A stretch of DNA of 64,000 nucleotides from an uncultured delta proteobacterium (GTDB taxonomy: Bacteria > Myxococcota > UBA727 > VGSZ01), in the NCBI GenBank assembly GCA_963775425.1, contig CAVZJB010000005.1:512001-576000 (forward strand). Reading direction: 5' to 3'. The notes below the pieces were generated by a model. That model saw nothing but the letters and a program-made list of their open reading frames with translations, was not told the origin of the DNA and did no database searches. A program made the position numbers and the translations under genes. Positions 1 through 9,800 of this stretch are shown here, in pieces. Positions within the stretch are counted from its first letter, which is position 1, and every line of letters begins with the position of its first letter.

Positions 1-2253
1 CAGGCGCGCGCGCAGTGAATCCGCGAGCGCCACGAAGCGGCCCGGGGCCACCGGCACGTAGCGCCGCCCCGCGCGCACGGCCTCGAGCATCGCCGCGAGG
101 CTCAGCACCTCCTCGTCGTCGCCGTCGCCCACGGTGGCCGCGCCGTCGACCGCGAGCCACTCGTGCACCGTGCGGACCCCGAGCCGGAGCGCCCCGGCCG
201 ACGCACGCCCCATGACCGACAAGCGCGCTGCGCGCTCCTTCCACTCGACGACGACGTCGTCCCGCTCGGCGGCGAGCGCCTGCAAGCGCTCGACGAGGGC
301 GAGCGACGCGTCCGGCTCGACGGCCACGAAGGTCCACTCGTCCTCGACGGCGGCGCCTTCGAGCGGCAACAAATCGCGCACGGCGAGCGCCCGCTCACGC
401 TCGGCGGCGTCGTCGCGCACCGCGCGCGCGCGCCGGCCGTCGACGAGCCCGCTCACCTCGAGCGGTCCTTCGCCCGGCGACAGCAGCGCGCCGTGCATGA
501 GCGGCCGGTGCCCGATGCGCACGCGCAGCGCCCCGAAGCCGGCGGCGGTGCGCGACTCTTCGACGAGCGCCGCGGCGGCGCCCTCGGAGCCGGGGCCGTC
601 AGGCGGCGCCGCGGGCAGCGCGCCGGCGGCTGAGGGCTCGAGGGCGAGGCGGATGAAGACGCGCGGGTCGGCGTCGACGAGGTCGCCGCGCAAGGACGGT
701 GACAGCTCGAGGGGCAGCTCCGGGCCGCCGCCGGCGACGGCGTCCGCGAGCGCGTGCACCTCGTCCTTGGCCTCCGCGGGGATGACGTCGACGCGCGCGA
801 GGGTGCCGGCGACGTCGAGGATGGCGCGCGGGACGCGCGCGGCGACAATCTCGCGCCTGTCGGCGCGCTCCTCGACCCAGATGGCCGCGGGCGTGTGGCG
901 GAGCGCCGCCGGGTCGAGCTCGAGGTCGCCGGCGATGACGGCGACGCCGTAGCCGTCCGCGCGATCGCGCAGCGCCACCCGCGCATCCTCGCTGCGCACC
1001 GTCCACGGCGCGTCGCGCGAGGGCGCAAAGACCAGCGGGTGTCCGGCGAGCTCGCGCAGGCACTCCTCGTCGCCGATGCCGCGCGCGACGACGAGCCGCG
1101 CCACGCGCCGGTCGTGCTCACCGGCGCCGTGGCCGCCCTCGACCACCGACTGCGCCGACACCCGCGTGCCCTTGGTGTACCCGCCCTTCTTCGTGCGCTT
1201 CTGCGCGTAGGGCTCCACGCGCGCGCGACCGAAGTGGGCGTCGACCACCCAGACCACGCGCTCTTCGCGCTCGGCGCCCGCGGGCTTGTCGGCGCCCGCC
1301 ATGCGGCGCAGCGCGGCGAGCAGCTCGGCGTGCCGTGGGCGGAACCACTCCTCGACGTGTCGCAGCAGGCGCGGTGGGGGCTCGTTGACGATGTGCAGAG
1401 CGGCGACGAGCGTGCGCACGGCGACGGCGCGGGCGTGCTCGTCCCCGCCGGCGCCGAAGACGTCGCCGCCGCCGCGGAGCTCGACCTTCAGCGCGCGCGC
1501 GACCCGTACGCGGCAGGACAGCCACGACGGAAAGCTCCTGTCGAGGACGACGCCCTCGTCGTCGAGGCGCAGCGAGTGGAGCTCCCCCGGCCCGCTGAAC
1601 AGGGCGTCGGCGCTCCTGACACCGTGCGCGTCGAGCGCCGCGAGGATCTCCAGGCAGCGCGCGCGCCGCTCGTCGGACAACGGCCCCTCGCACAGCAGCG
1701 GCGGCGGCCAGGGCGCCGCGCGCCGGGCCGCGGCGATGGCGGCCTCCACCTCGAGGACGTCGGCGACGAGCTCGATGCAATCGTCCATCAGCGCCTGGAG
1801 CGGAGCGCCGAGCCTGTCGGGGGCGATGGCGGCGGCGCCGACGTGCCCGAGCGTGCGCCCGACGGCGGCGGCGGCGCTCTCGCCGAGCACGGCGGCGAGG
1901 CCGTGCTCCACGGCGAAGCGCGTGACGGCGGCGGGCAGCGCGCGGCCGACCCGCGGCGCGGGCAGCGGCGGCCCGTCGAGGAGCGCGGCGAGAGCACGGG
2001 CGACGTAGACGCCTTCGCCCTGCCTGCCGACACCGAACGCGGGGTGCCGCGGCAGGTCGGCGAGGCAGACGCCGAGCACCTTGCTCGTGCTCCACAACAG
2101 CTCCGCCGCCGCCGGCGAGTGGCGAAGCCCGTGGAGCGCGAGCGCGCGCAGGGGGAGCGTGGCCACGTCGTCACGGCCTTCGGCCTGCGCGCGTCGCACC
2201 GCGGCGCCCACGGCATCGTCGAAGCCGAGCCCCATGAAGGCGGGATGCCGCAC
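1..2253 (-). CDS. Probable SNF2-family helicase, N-terminal part (runs off left edge)
   Basis: Not in ORF track (no in-window stop). Read manually from GTG 2253 (or ATG 2235) toward base 1; no stop seen. Contains EPYAQKRTKKGGYTKGTRVS, VVVEWKE and EWLAVDG...RRYVPVAPGRFVALADSLRARL, typical of the region preceding bacterial SNF2 ATPase domains. Helicase motifs are not in the window. Confidence 0.6.
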   Translation of the reverse strand, partial: MRHPAFMGLGFDDAVGAAVRRAQAEGRDDVATLPLRALALHGLRHSPAAAELLWSTSKVLGVCLADLPRHPAFGVGRQGEGVYVARALAALLDGPPLPAPRVGRALPAAVTRFAVEHGLAAVLGESAAAAVGRTLGHVGAAAIAPDRLGAPLQALMDDCIELVADVLEVEAAIAAARRAAPWPPPLLCEGPLSDERRARCLEILAALDAHGVRSADALFSGPGELHSLRLDDEGVVLDRSFPSWLSCRVRVARALKVELRGGGDVFGAGGDEHARAVAVRTLVAALHIVNEPPPRLLRHVEEWFRPRHAELLAALRRMAGADKPAGAEREERVVWVVDAHFGRARVEPYAQKRTKKGGYTKGTRVSAQSVVEGGHGAGEHDRRVARLVVARGIGDEECLRELAGHPLVFAPSRDAPWTVRSEDARVALRDRADGYGVAVIAGDLELDPAALRHTPAAIWVEERADRREIVAARVPRAILDVAGTLARVDVIPAEAKDEVHALADAVAGGGPELPLELSPSLRGDLVDADPRVFIRLALEPSAAGALPAAPPDGPGSEGAAAALVEESRTAAGFGALRVRIGHRPLMHGALLSPGEGPLEVSGLVDGRRARAVRDDAAERERALAVRDLLPLEGAAVEDEWTFVAVEPDASLALVERLQALAAERDDVVVEWKERAARLSVMGRASAGALRLGVRTVHEWLAVDGAATVGDGDDEEVLSLAAMLEAVRAGRRYVPVAPGRFVALADSLRARL

Positions 2254-2305
2254 TTGACCCGAGGCTTCAACGGGTGCCCTCCTGGGCAGGCGCCGCGCCG
2301 GGCCG

Positions 2306-3256
2306 CTATCCGCCCTGCGCCTCCGCCCACGGCATCGTCGCCGTGGAGCCGCCGCCGCCGCCGCGCGCGTCGACGGCGACGACGCCGACGTCGACGCCGG
2401 CGTGCCGCGCGCGGAACGAAGCGAGCGCCTGGTCGACGGCGGCCTGCGCGGAGAGCCCGCCGGCCATGGCGTCATGCACGCGCAGGGAGACCATGTCCTG
2501 CCAGATGGCCTCGCCGACGCCGGTGGCGGCGACGGCGCCGGCGGGGCCGACGTACAGGCCCGCGCCGGGGATGGGCGTGTCGCCCACGCGGCCACGGATG
2601 GCGCACCAGATGCCGCCCGTCGACGACGCCAACGCGAACGCCCCGCCCGCGTCGCGCACGGCGACGCCGACGGTGTCGCACGCGCCGCGCGGCGGACGAG
2701 CCGCCGCGCCACGCATCGGGTCCCCAGGCTCGACGTCGCCGGGGCCGCCGTCGCCGGCGGCGACGTCGCGCCAGATGCGCGGGTCGACGCCGCCGTAGAG
2801 CGTCCGCCAGCGCGGCTCGTTGTCCAGGTTCTTCATGCGCGCCGCGTGTCGCGCGCGCTGCGCGTCCGAGATCGGCAGCGCGGGCTCGAGGCCGAGGCGC
2901 GCGGCGAGCTCGTCGCCGCCGGGGCCGGCGATGAGCATGTGCGGCGAGTCGTACACGGCGCGCGCGAGCTTGACGGGGTTCTTCCAGCCCTCGACGACGG
3001 CCACGGCGCCGAAGCCAGCGGCGTCCATCACGCTCGCGTCGAGCTGCGCCTTGCCGTCGAGCCGGAGCACCGCCCCGGTGCCGGCGTTCATGCGCGGATC
3101 GTCCTCGAGGACGACGCAGCCGGCTACGGCCGCGTCGAGCGCCGAAGCCCCGCGCGCGAGCGCCTCGAGCGCGGCGGCGCACGCGCGCTCGCAGCCGTCT
3201 TTCACCTCGGGGACGTTGCCGGCGCCGCCGTGGGCGACGACCAATGGGGGGGACAT
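2306..3256 (-). CDS. iaaA: Isoaspartyl peptidase / plant-type L-asparaginase (Ntn hydrolase)
   Basis: HGGAG, DTVG (autocleavage Thr), STGG, GRVGDTPIPGAG, TGVGE motifs. Confidence 0.9.
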   Translation of the reverse strand: MSPPLVVAHGGAGNVPEVKDGCERACAAALEALARGASALDAAVAGCVVLEDDPRMNAGTGAVLRLDGKAQLDASVMDAAGFGAVAVVEGWKNPVKLARAVYDSPHMLIAGPGGDELAARLGLEPALPISDAQRARHAARMKNLDNEPRWRTLYGGVDPRIWRDVAAGDGGPGDVEPGDPMRGAAARPPRGACDTVGVAVRDAGGAFALASSTGGIWCAIRGRVGDTPIPGAGLYVGPAGAVAATGVGEAIWQDMVSLRVHDAMAGGLSAQAAVDQALASFRARHAGVDVGVVAVDARGGGGGSTATMPWAEAQGG

Positions 3257-3311
3257 CAGCGACGCATACGTCCGCGCGGCGGCGGAGAAAAGCGTCCGCC
3301 GGCGGGACCGT

Positions 3312-5627
3312 TCAGCTCTCGATGAGCGCGCGCACCCGCCGCAACAATTCGTCCAGATCGAACGGCTTCTGCAGCGAGCGCCCGCGGATGCGCTCGTCGT
3401 GCTCGCTCCGTTCGAAGGCGTAACCGCTGGCGAAGAGGTAGCGCACCCCGGGCCGCAGCTCCTGCATACGCGTGAGGGTGGCGGGCCCGCCGCCGTTGGG
3501 CATCACCACGTCGAGCAAGACCAGCGCGATGTCGTCATGCCGCGCGAACAGCTCGAGCGCCTCGGCGCCGCTCTTTGCGGTGAGCACCCGATAGCCGGCG
3601 CCCTCGAGGACGCGGACCGAGATGCGGCGCGCGATCTCGTCGTCGTCGGCGACCAGCAGCAGCTCGTCGCCGCTCACCCTGCGCTCCGGCGGCCCCTTGT
3701 CCGGCGCGGGAGCGCCGCGGCTCACCGGCAGAAAAGCCCGAAACGCGCTCCCCTGGCCCGGCGCGGTCTGGAAGTCGATGCGTCCACCGTGTTGGTGCAC
3801 CACGCCATGGACCGTTGCCAGGCCGAGGCCCGTCCCGCGACCGAGCTCCTTCGTGGTGAAGAACGGCTCGAAGACGTGCGCCGCCACGTCCGGCGTCATC
3901 CCGCAGCCCGTGTCGCTCACGCGAATGCACACGTGCGGTCCGGCCGCGGCGTCGTCGACGGGATCCGCCGGCAGCTCCACGAAGGAGCTCTCGATGACGA
4001 CCTTGCCGCCGTTCGGCATGGCGTCGCTCGCGTTCACCGCCAGGTTCATCACCACCTGCTCGAGCTGACCGCGATCGACGTACACGGTGGTGTCGGCGCC
4101 GGCGCCCGCCAGGAGCTCGATCTCCACGTCGGCGCGCGTGACGCGGCGCAGGAGCTTCACGATCTCACGGAGGAGGTCGTCGACGACGAGGTACTCGCGC
4201 TCGAGCATCTGCCGGCGTGAGAACGCGAGGATCTGCCGGGTGAGGTCGGCGGCGTGCTCGCCGGCGAGGCGGATTTGATCGAGGTCCTCGCGCTGCTCCG
4301 GATCGGTGATGCGTGACGCGAGCAGCGACGTGTTGCCCAGGATGCCGAGGAGCAGGTTGTTGAAGTCGTGGGCGACGCCGGCGGCGAGGCGGCCGATGGC
4401 CTCGAGCCTGTGCGCCTTGCGCAGGTGGTCCTCGGCGAGCACGCGCTCGGTGATGTCGCGGTTGTTGATGACCACGCCGCCGACCGCGGGATCGGAGATG
4501 AAGTTCGTCATGGTGACGTCGTGCCAGCGCCAGGTGCCGTCGTTGTGGCGCAGGCGCAGGTCGAGGCGCCGAACGCACGCGTCCTCGGCCGCGACCTCTC
4601 GCAGCAGCGCGCGCGCGCCCTCGACGTCGTCCGGGTGCATGCGGAGGAACATCGAGGTTTCGAGGCGCTCTTCGTGCGGGATGCCGAGGAGCGACACCCG
4701 TGAATTCGCAAAACGGATGACGCCATTCGCGTCGACGATGAGGACGCTGGAACCGCTGCGCTCGGTGAGCGCGCGAAAGCGGCGCTCGTTGCGGGCGAGC
4801 TCTTCGCGCAGCGCGTGCTGCTCGGTGATGTCGCGATGGTTGACCACCGCGATCTCGTCGCCGCCGGGCGGCAGCCGCGCCGAGCGCCCGTCCACCACCC
4901 GCCACGCGCCGCTCTTGTGGCGCACGCGGATGGCGTCGGTCTGGCCCGAGCCCTCCTCCAGGCACCGCCCGAACGCCGCTGTCGTCCTCGTCACGTCATC
5001 GGGGTGCACGAGGCGAAGGAGGGACTCTCCGATGAGCTCGGCCGGGGTGAGTCCCGTGATGCGGGTGAGGCCCGGGTTCGCGTAGAGCGTGTTTCCCTCG
5101 GCGTCGACGGTGAATATGCCGTCGTTCATGCTCTCTGCGAGCGTGCGGAACCGGGTCTCGCTGAGGGCGAGCGCCTCTTCGGCATCGACGCCCTCCGTGA
5201 CGTCGCGCGCGAACAAGAGCGTGCCGTGGATGCCGGCGATGCGCCGCGCGTCCACGGAGCGGACCTCGATGACGCGAGACTCCCCGTCGCGGCGGCGGGT
5301 CCGCACGCGCAGCGATGTCCCGGCGGGGGGCGGCACGCGGGCGTCCCCCTCGGCGGCCATCACGTCGGCGACGTTCGCGCCCACGATCTCCGACGCGGGA
5401 AGGCCGAGCACCTGCTCGGCGCAGCCGTTGACATAGCCGATCTTGCCGTTCGGGCCGACGAGCGTCACCAGCATCGGGCAGCAATCGAGAGCGGCGCGCG
5501 CCTCGGACGGGAGCTCGCACGATGTCGTGTCGTGGCCGCGCGCCATGCGCGGACCGTACATCGGATCGCTCCGCTCTTCGGCTTCCCCCTGTTGCCGTAC
5601 GACCGATGTGCGAGCGCCGCGCCTCAT
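3312..5627 (-). CDS. Hybrid sensor histidine kinase: 3 PAS + HisKA/HATPase + receiver (true start probably ~5547-5562)
   Basis: Three PAS-like segments, GVAHDFNNLL H-box, NLAVNASDAM, FEPFFTTKELGRGTGLGL, C-terminal LVLLDVVMP receiver. Confidence 0.92.
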   Translation of the reverse strand: MRRGARTSVVRQQGEAEERSDPMYGPRMARGHDTTSCELPSEARAALDCCPMLVTLVGPNGKIGYVNGCAEQVLGLPASEIVGANVADVMAAEGDARVPPPAGTSLRVRTRRRDGESRVIEVRSVDARRIAGIHGTLLFARDVTEGVDAEEALALSETRFRTLAESMNDGIFTVDAEGNTLYANPGLTRITGLTPAELIGESLLRLVHPDDVTRTTAAFGRCLEEGSGQTDAIRVRHKSGAWRVVDGRSARLPPGGDEIAVVNHRDITEQHALREELARNERRFRALTERSGSSVLIVDANGVIRFANSRVSLLGIPHEERLETSMFLRMHPDDVEGARALLREVAAEDACVRRLDLRLRHNDGTWRWHDVTMTNFISDPAVGGVVINNRDITERVLAEDHLRKAHRLEAIGRLAAGVAHDFNNLLLGILGNTSLLASRITDPEQREDLDQIRLAGEHAADLTRQILAFSRRQMLEREYLVVDDLLREIVKLLRRVTRADVEIELLAGAGADTTVYVDRGQLEQVVMNLAVNASDAMPNGGKVVIESSFVELPADPVDDAAAGPHVCIRVSDTGCGMTPDVAAHVFEPFFTTKELGRGTGLGLATVHGVVHQHGGRIDFQTAPGQGSAFRAFLPVSRGAPAPDKGPPERRVSGDELLLVADDDEIARRISVRVLEGAGYRVLTAKSGAEALELFARHDDIALVLLDVVMPNGGGPATLTRMQELRPGVRYLFASGYAFERSEHDERIRGRSLQKPFDLDELLRRVRALIES

Positions 5628-5647
5628 GTGCGCTCGATAACAGCGGC

Positions 5648-6679
5648 ATGCAGACGCACTCCCCCGTCAAGCGCCTCCACAACGACATCCACGCGCTGAA
5701 GAACGCGCAGCACGCCAAGGGCCACGACAAGGCCGAGCTCAAGCGCGACACGCGAACGCTCAAGACCGACAAGCGGCAGGCCCAGCACCTCCACGACCGC
5801 TTCGAGAAGAACAAGGACGCGCTCAACAAGGACCGAAAGCGGCTCCACACGCTGCACGATCACGAAAAGACGAAGCTCCAGGCCCTCGAGGCGCGCCGCG
5901 CCGACGTGCAGCGCCGCTACGACGCGAGCGTGGATCCGCTCACGGGCCAGGGCGACGTCGGGCTCCAGACGCAGCTCGCGGCGCTCGATCAGGACATCGC
6001 CGGCGTGCACGCGCGCCTCGATCCGCGCATCCAGACCGCCACGGGTGACAGGGACGCCCTCAAGCAGGTCCTCGACCGCCAGCGGCTCGCGCTCAAGCAG
6101 GATCACCACGCCGTGCAGCGCGACAGCCGTGCGGTGAAGCAGGACAACAAGGCGCTCGCCCATGACGCCCAGCGCGTGAAGAGCCATCGCGCGCGGGCCA
6201 TGCATGACCTCCGGCCTGCCGAGTACAAGATGGGCCTCAAGGGCACCAACGCCGCGCGCAAGGACCTGGGCCTCAAGCCGGTCAAGCACGTGATCCGGCC
6301 GGGCGTCGCGAACGTCGTCGGCGGACAGGTGGGCAAGTGGATCGCCGAGGCGCAGACCGTCTTGAAGCAGCACGGCGTGCCGCTGTCGAAGATGAACGCC
6401 CACGACATCGCGACGATCATCAAGTTCGAGTCGGGCGGGAACCCGCGCGCGGTCAACAACTGGGACTCGAACGCCGCCGCGGGACATCCTTCGGAGGGCT
6501 TGATGCAGACCATCGGCCCCACCTTCGACGCGTACAAGCTGCACGGCCACGGGCACATCCTGAACCCGGTGGACAACATCATCGCCGGCGTCCGCTACGC
6601 AATCTCGCGCTACGGGAGCATCTCCAACGTGCCCGGCATCCAGGCGGTGCACGCCGGGGGCAGCTACGTCGGCTACTGA
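5648..6679 (+). CDS. Coiled-coil protein with C-terminal lytic transglycosylase (SLT-like) domain
   Basis: ATG 5648; charged helical N-terminus; IIKFESGGNPRAVNNWDSNA...GLMQTI...NPVDNIIAGVRYAISRYG with catalytic ES and GLMQ motifs. Confidence 0.85.
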   Translation: MQTHSPVKRLHNDIHALKNAQHAKGHDKAELKRDTRTLKTDKRQAQHLHDRFEKNKDALNKDRKRLHTLHDHEKTKLQALEARRADVQRRYDASVDPLTGQGDVGLQTQLAALDQDIAGVHARLDPRIQTATGDRDALKQVLDRQRLALKQDHHAVQRDSRAVKQDNKALAHDAQRVKSHRARAMHDLRPAEYKMGLKGTNAARKDLGLKPVKHVIRPGVANVVGGQVGKWIAEAQTVLKQHGVPLSKMNAHDIATIIKFESGGNPRAVNNWDSNAAAGHPSEGLMQTIGPTFDAYKLHGHGHILNPVDNIIAGVRYAISRYGSISNVPGIQAVHAGGSYVGY

Positions 6680-6840
6680 GCCTCGTGGGGCGTGCCCTCG
6701 TCACGAGGGGGGCTGTCCCTCCCCGCATCCGGGCGCGCCGAAGCGGGGTCGCACTTTCTCCTATCGCGCCCGCCACGGTTGACCTCGAAGCGACGACGAG
6801 CGAGAACATTGGGCCGCCTCTTTTCGTGCGAGGTCACCCC

Positions 6841-9800
6841 ATGCCTTTTCGCCGTCTCCATGTCTTCACCCTTTTGAGCGCCGCCGCCCTGGCCGTGGCC
6901 TCCGCGGGGTGCAGCGAAAAGATCGAGGAGAAGCAAGCCCAGCTCGGCGGCTCCTGCCTCGGCTGCCACACCGGCATCACGGACATCCATCCCCAGTTCG
7001 CGCTCGCCTGCGTCGACTGCCACGGCGGTCACGACGACGTGCCGCTGCCCGCCGTGGTGGACGTGCGCGACCAGGAGCTGTTGAAGGCGAGCCACGTGCT
7101 GCCGCTGGATCCCGAGATGTGGTGGCCCAACGGCATCGACGACAACGGCGACGGCCGGGTGGACGAGCAGGGCGAGTTCTTCGACGGCCGCGTCGTCGAC
7201 CAGGACGGCAACGCCGGCCTCGCCGAAGGGCGCCAGGCGCCGCGCTTCGAGTTCGACAGCGAGATCAACCGCGACCTGAACTACCTGCGCTTCATCAACC
7301 CGGGTGATCTGCGCGTCGCCGAGGTGAGCTGCGGCGGCCACAACAAGAACGCCAATGCGGCCATGGTCTGCCACGCCGAGACCGTCTACGACGTCCGCCG
7401 CTCCATCATGGCGACCAACGCCGGCGTCTCCGCCGGCGCCCTCTACGGCAACGCCCAGCTCCCCACGGCCGCCGACTACGGCAGCGCCTTCGCGCAGTCG
7501 CAGGTGGGCCAGGACTTCGACGCGCGCAACCCGCGCATCGGCCGCGCCGCCTACACGTTCAACTACGAGGCCATGGACGCGAACTACGACCCCGTGTCCA
7601 ACACCTTCGATCACGATGGGCTGCTCGCGGCGGCCAAGGCCAACCTCGATCCCGACGACGACCTCTACGAGGCCACCGCGGGCGCCGTCAGCGACGACGG
7701 CAGCGCCAAGGACCCGTTCGGCAACCCGCTGGATCCGGGCCCCGGCCTCACCCGCACCGGCAACCAGCTCAAGTTCTTCAATCCGACGGACAAGACCAAC
7801 AACCGCGCCATCGACGTCCTCGAGTACATCGGCAACGGCGCCAACCGCACCTTCCCCCCGCCGGGCACGGGCATCGAGCTGCGCCTCCAGAAGATCCTCG
7901 AGGGCCTCGGCGTCGCGCGCCAGAGCCCCATCCGCAACGCCATCCCCAACGACGGCAAGCCCATCATCAACCCTGTGGACGCGGCGCTGCGCAGCTTCCG
8001 CGCGTACCACGTGCTGAACTTCATGTCGCCGAGCGACAACTTCGGCTTCAAGGACTTCACCACGTCGCCCAACGAGGACGATCCGCCGCCCAACGATCCC
8101 AACGACGTCGAGCTCCAGAACAACAACAACCCGTTCGGGCGCTTCCTGTCGTCAGGCTGCACGTCCTGCCACGTCGAGTACGCCAAGGACGGGCACAACG
8201 AGGAGCCCATCGATCGCACTGTGGCGGACAACGGGCGCCAGCCCGAGACCGCGCTGCCCTTCGGCATCCGCCAGGACCTCGGCCAGCGCGCCTATGCCAA
8301 GCGCCACGAGATCAAGACGGCCGTGCAGCTCAACACCTGCGCGCAGTGCCACGGCTTCGTCACCCGCGTCGACTACGCCGCCGAGGGCAAGTTCGAGCTC
8401 GAGGTCGACTTCACCAACCTCTCGCAGGTGCAGACCATCGGGCCCTTCACGTTCTCCACGCCCAAGACCGCGTGCGTGAACGTGTTCGACAACCTCGCCC
8501 ACTACAAGGACGGCAAGATCCTGAACGAGGGCGAGGGCGTCAGCGAGGATCTCAACAACAACGGTGAGCTCGACGAGGGCGAGGACAAGAACAACAACGG
8601 CTGCCTCGACATCCCCAATCGCGTCGCCCGCAGCGACGCCTTCGACGGGCGCCAGTCCAAGCTCATCTACGGAGGCGCCAACGGCTCGGTCCACCTGCAG
8701 GACATCCACATCGAGGAGGGCATGGCCTGCAGCGACTGCCACGTCACCTCGGTGCACGGCGACTCCAACCTGTACACGCGCAATTGGGACGCGGAGCCCA
8801 TGGAGTGCGAGGACTGCCACGGCACCTCGTACGCCAAGGCCAAGCTCATCTCGTCGGGCCCCAACGGCGGCGACAAGTTCACCGACCCCGTGTGGAACAC
8901 GCCGTTCGGCAAGCCCTGGTTCGAGGAGAAGGACGGCAAGATCATCGAGCACAGCCGCACGCAGGCGGGCCTCGAGTGGGAGGTCGCCCAGCTCGTCGAC
9001 GAGAAGGTCGGCGACGCCAAGACGGCGTACGCCAAGTACGCCCACGAGCAGCCGGCGGAGACCATCCCCAATCCAGGTCGTGAGCAGGAGGCGCGCGCCT
9101 TCGCCCACATGCAGGAGGCGGGTAAGCCCGGCGGCCTCGAGTGCTACTCCTGCCACTCCTCGTGGCAGCCCAACTGCCTCACGTGCCACCTCAAGATGGA
9201 CGTGGGCAAGGCCAAGCAGGAGATCTGGTGGGGTGACGACGACGAGTCTGAGATCTTCTTCCAGCTCTTCAGCTACACGCGCTCGCCCTTCTACCTGGGC
9301 CGCGGCGGCGACGTCGAAGGCAACCGCATCTCGACGTACCGCTCCACCATGCAGACGCACCTGACGGTCACCGCCACCGTCGGCAACCAGGGCTTCACCC
9401 TGCTCGACAACGCCATGGTCGCGTCCAACCAGCACCTGAGCTCGATGGTGTCGAACCCGTACTTCCCGCATACGGTGCGCGTCACCGAGACCAAGTCGTG
9501 CGCGCGCTGCCACACGCTCGAGGACGAGCAGGGACGCATCGAGAACGATCACCTCATCACGGAGGCCACGGGCCAGGGCTCGGGCCGCTACATGAACCTC
9601 GGCGATTGGGGCCTGGTGGCCACCACCAACGGCTTCCAGCAGATCGATCTCAAGGCCGAGGGCGGCACGTTCAACGCGCAGGCCAAGGCCCCCGGGATCA
9701 CCTTCCCCGGCTTCGACTTCTCCGACGTCAACCCGCGCCACGCGGACTTCCTCGTGGGCAACGCCACTGACGTGGCCATGCTCCGCGGCGTCGCCTTCGA

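Noticed and set aside
5648-6679. Prophage remnant (tape-measure-like SLT)
   Set aside because: No other phage genes, integrase or att sites in the window.
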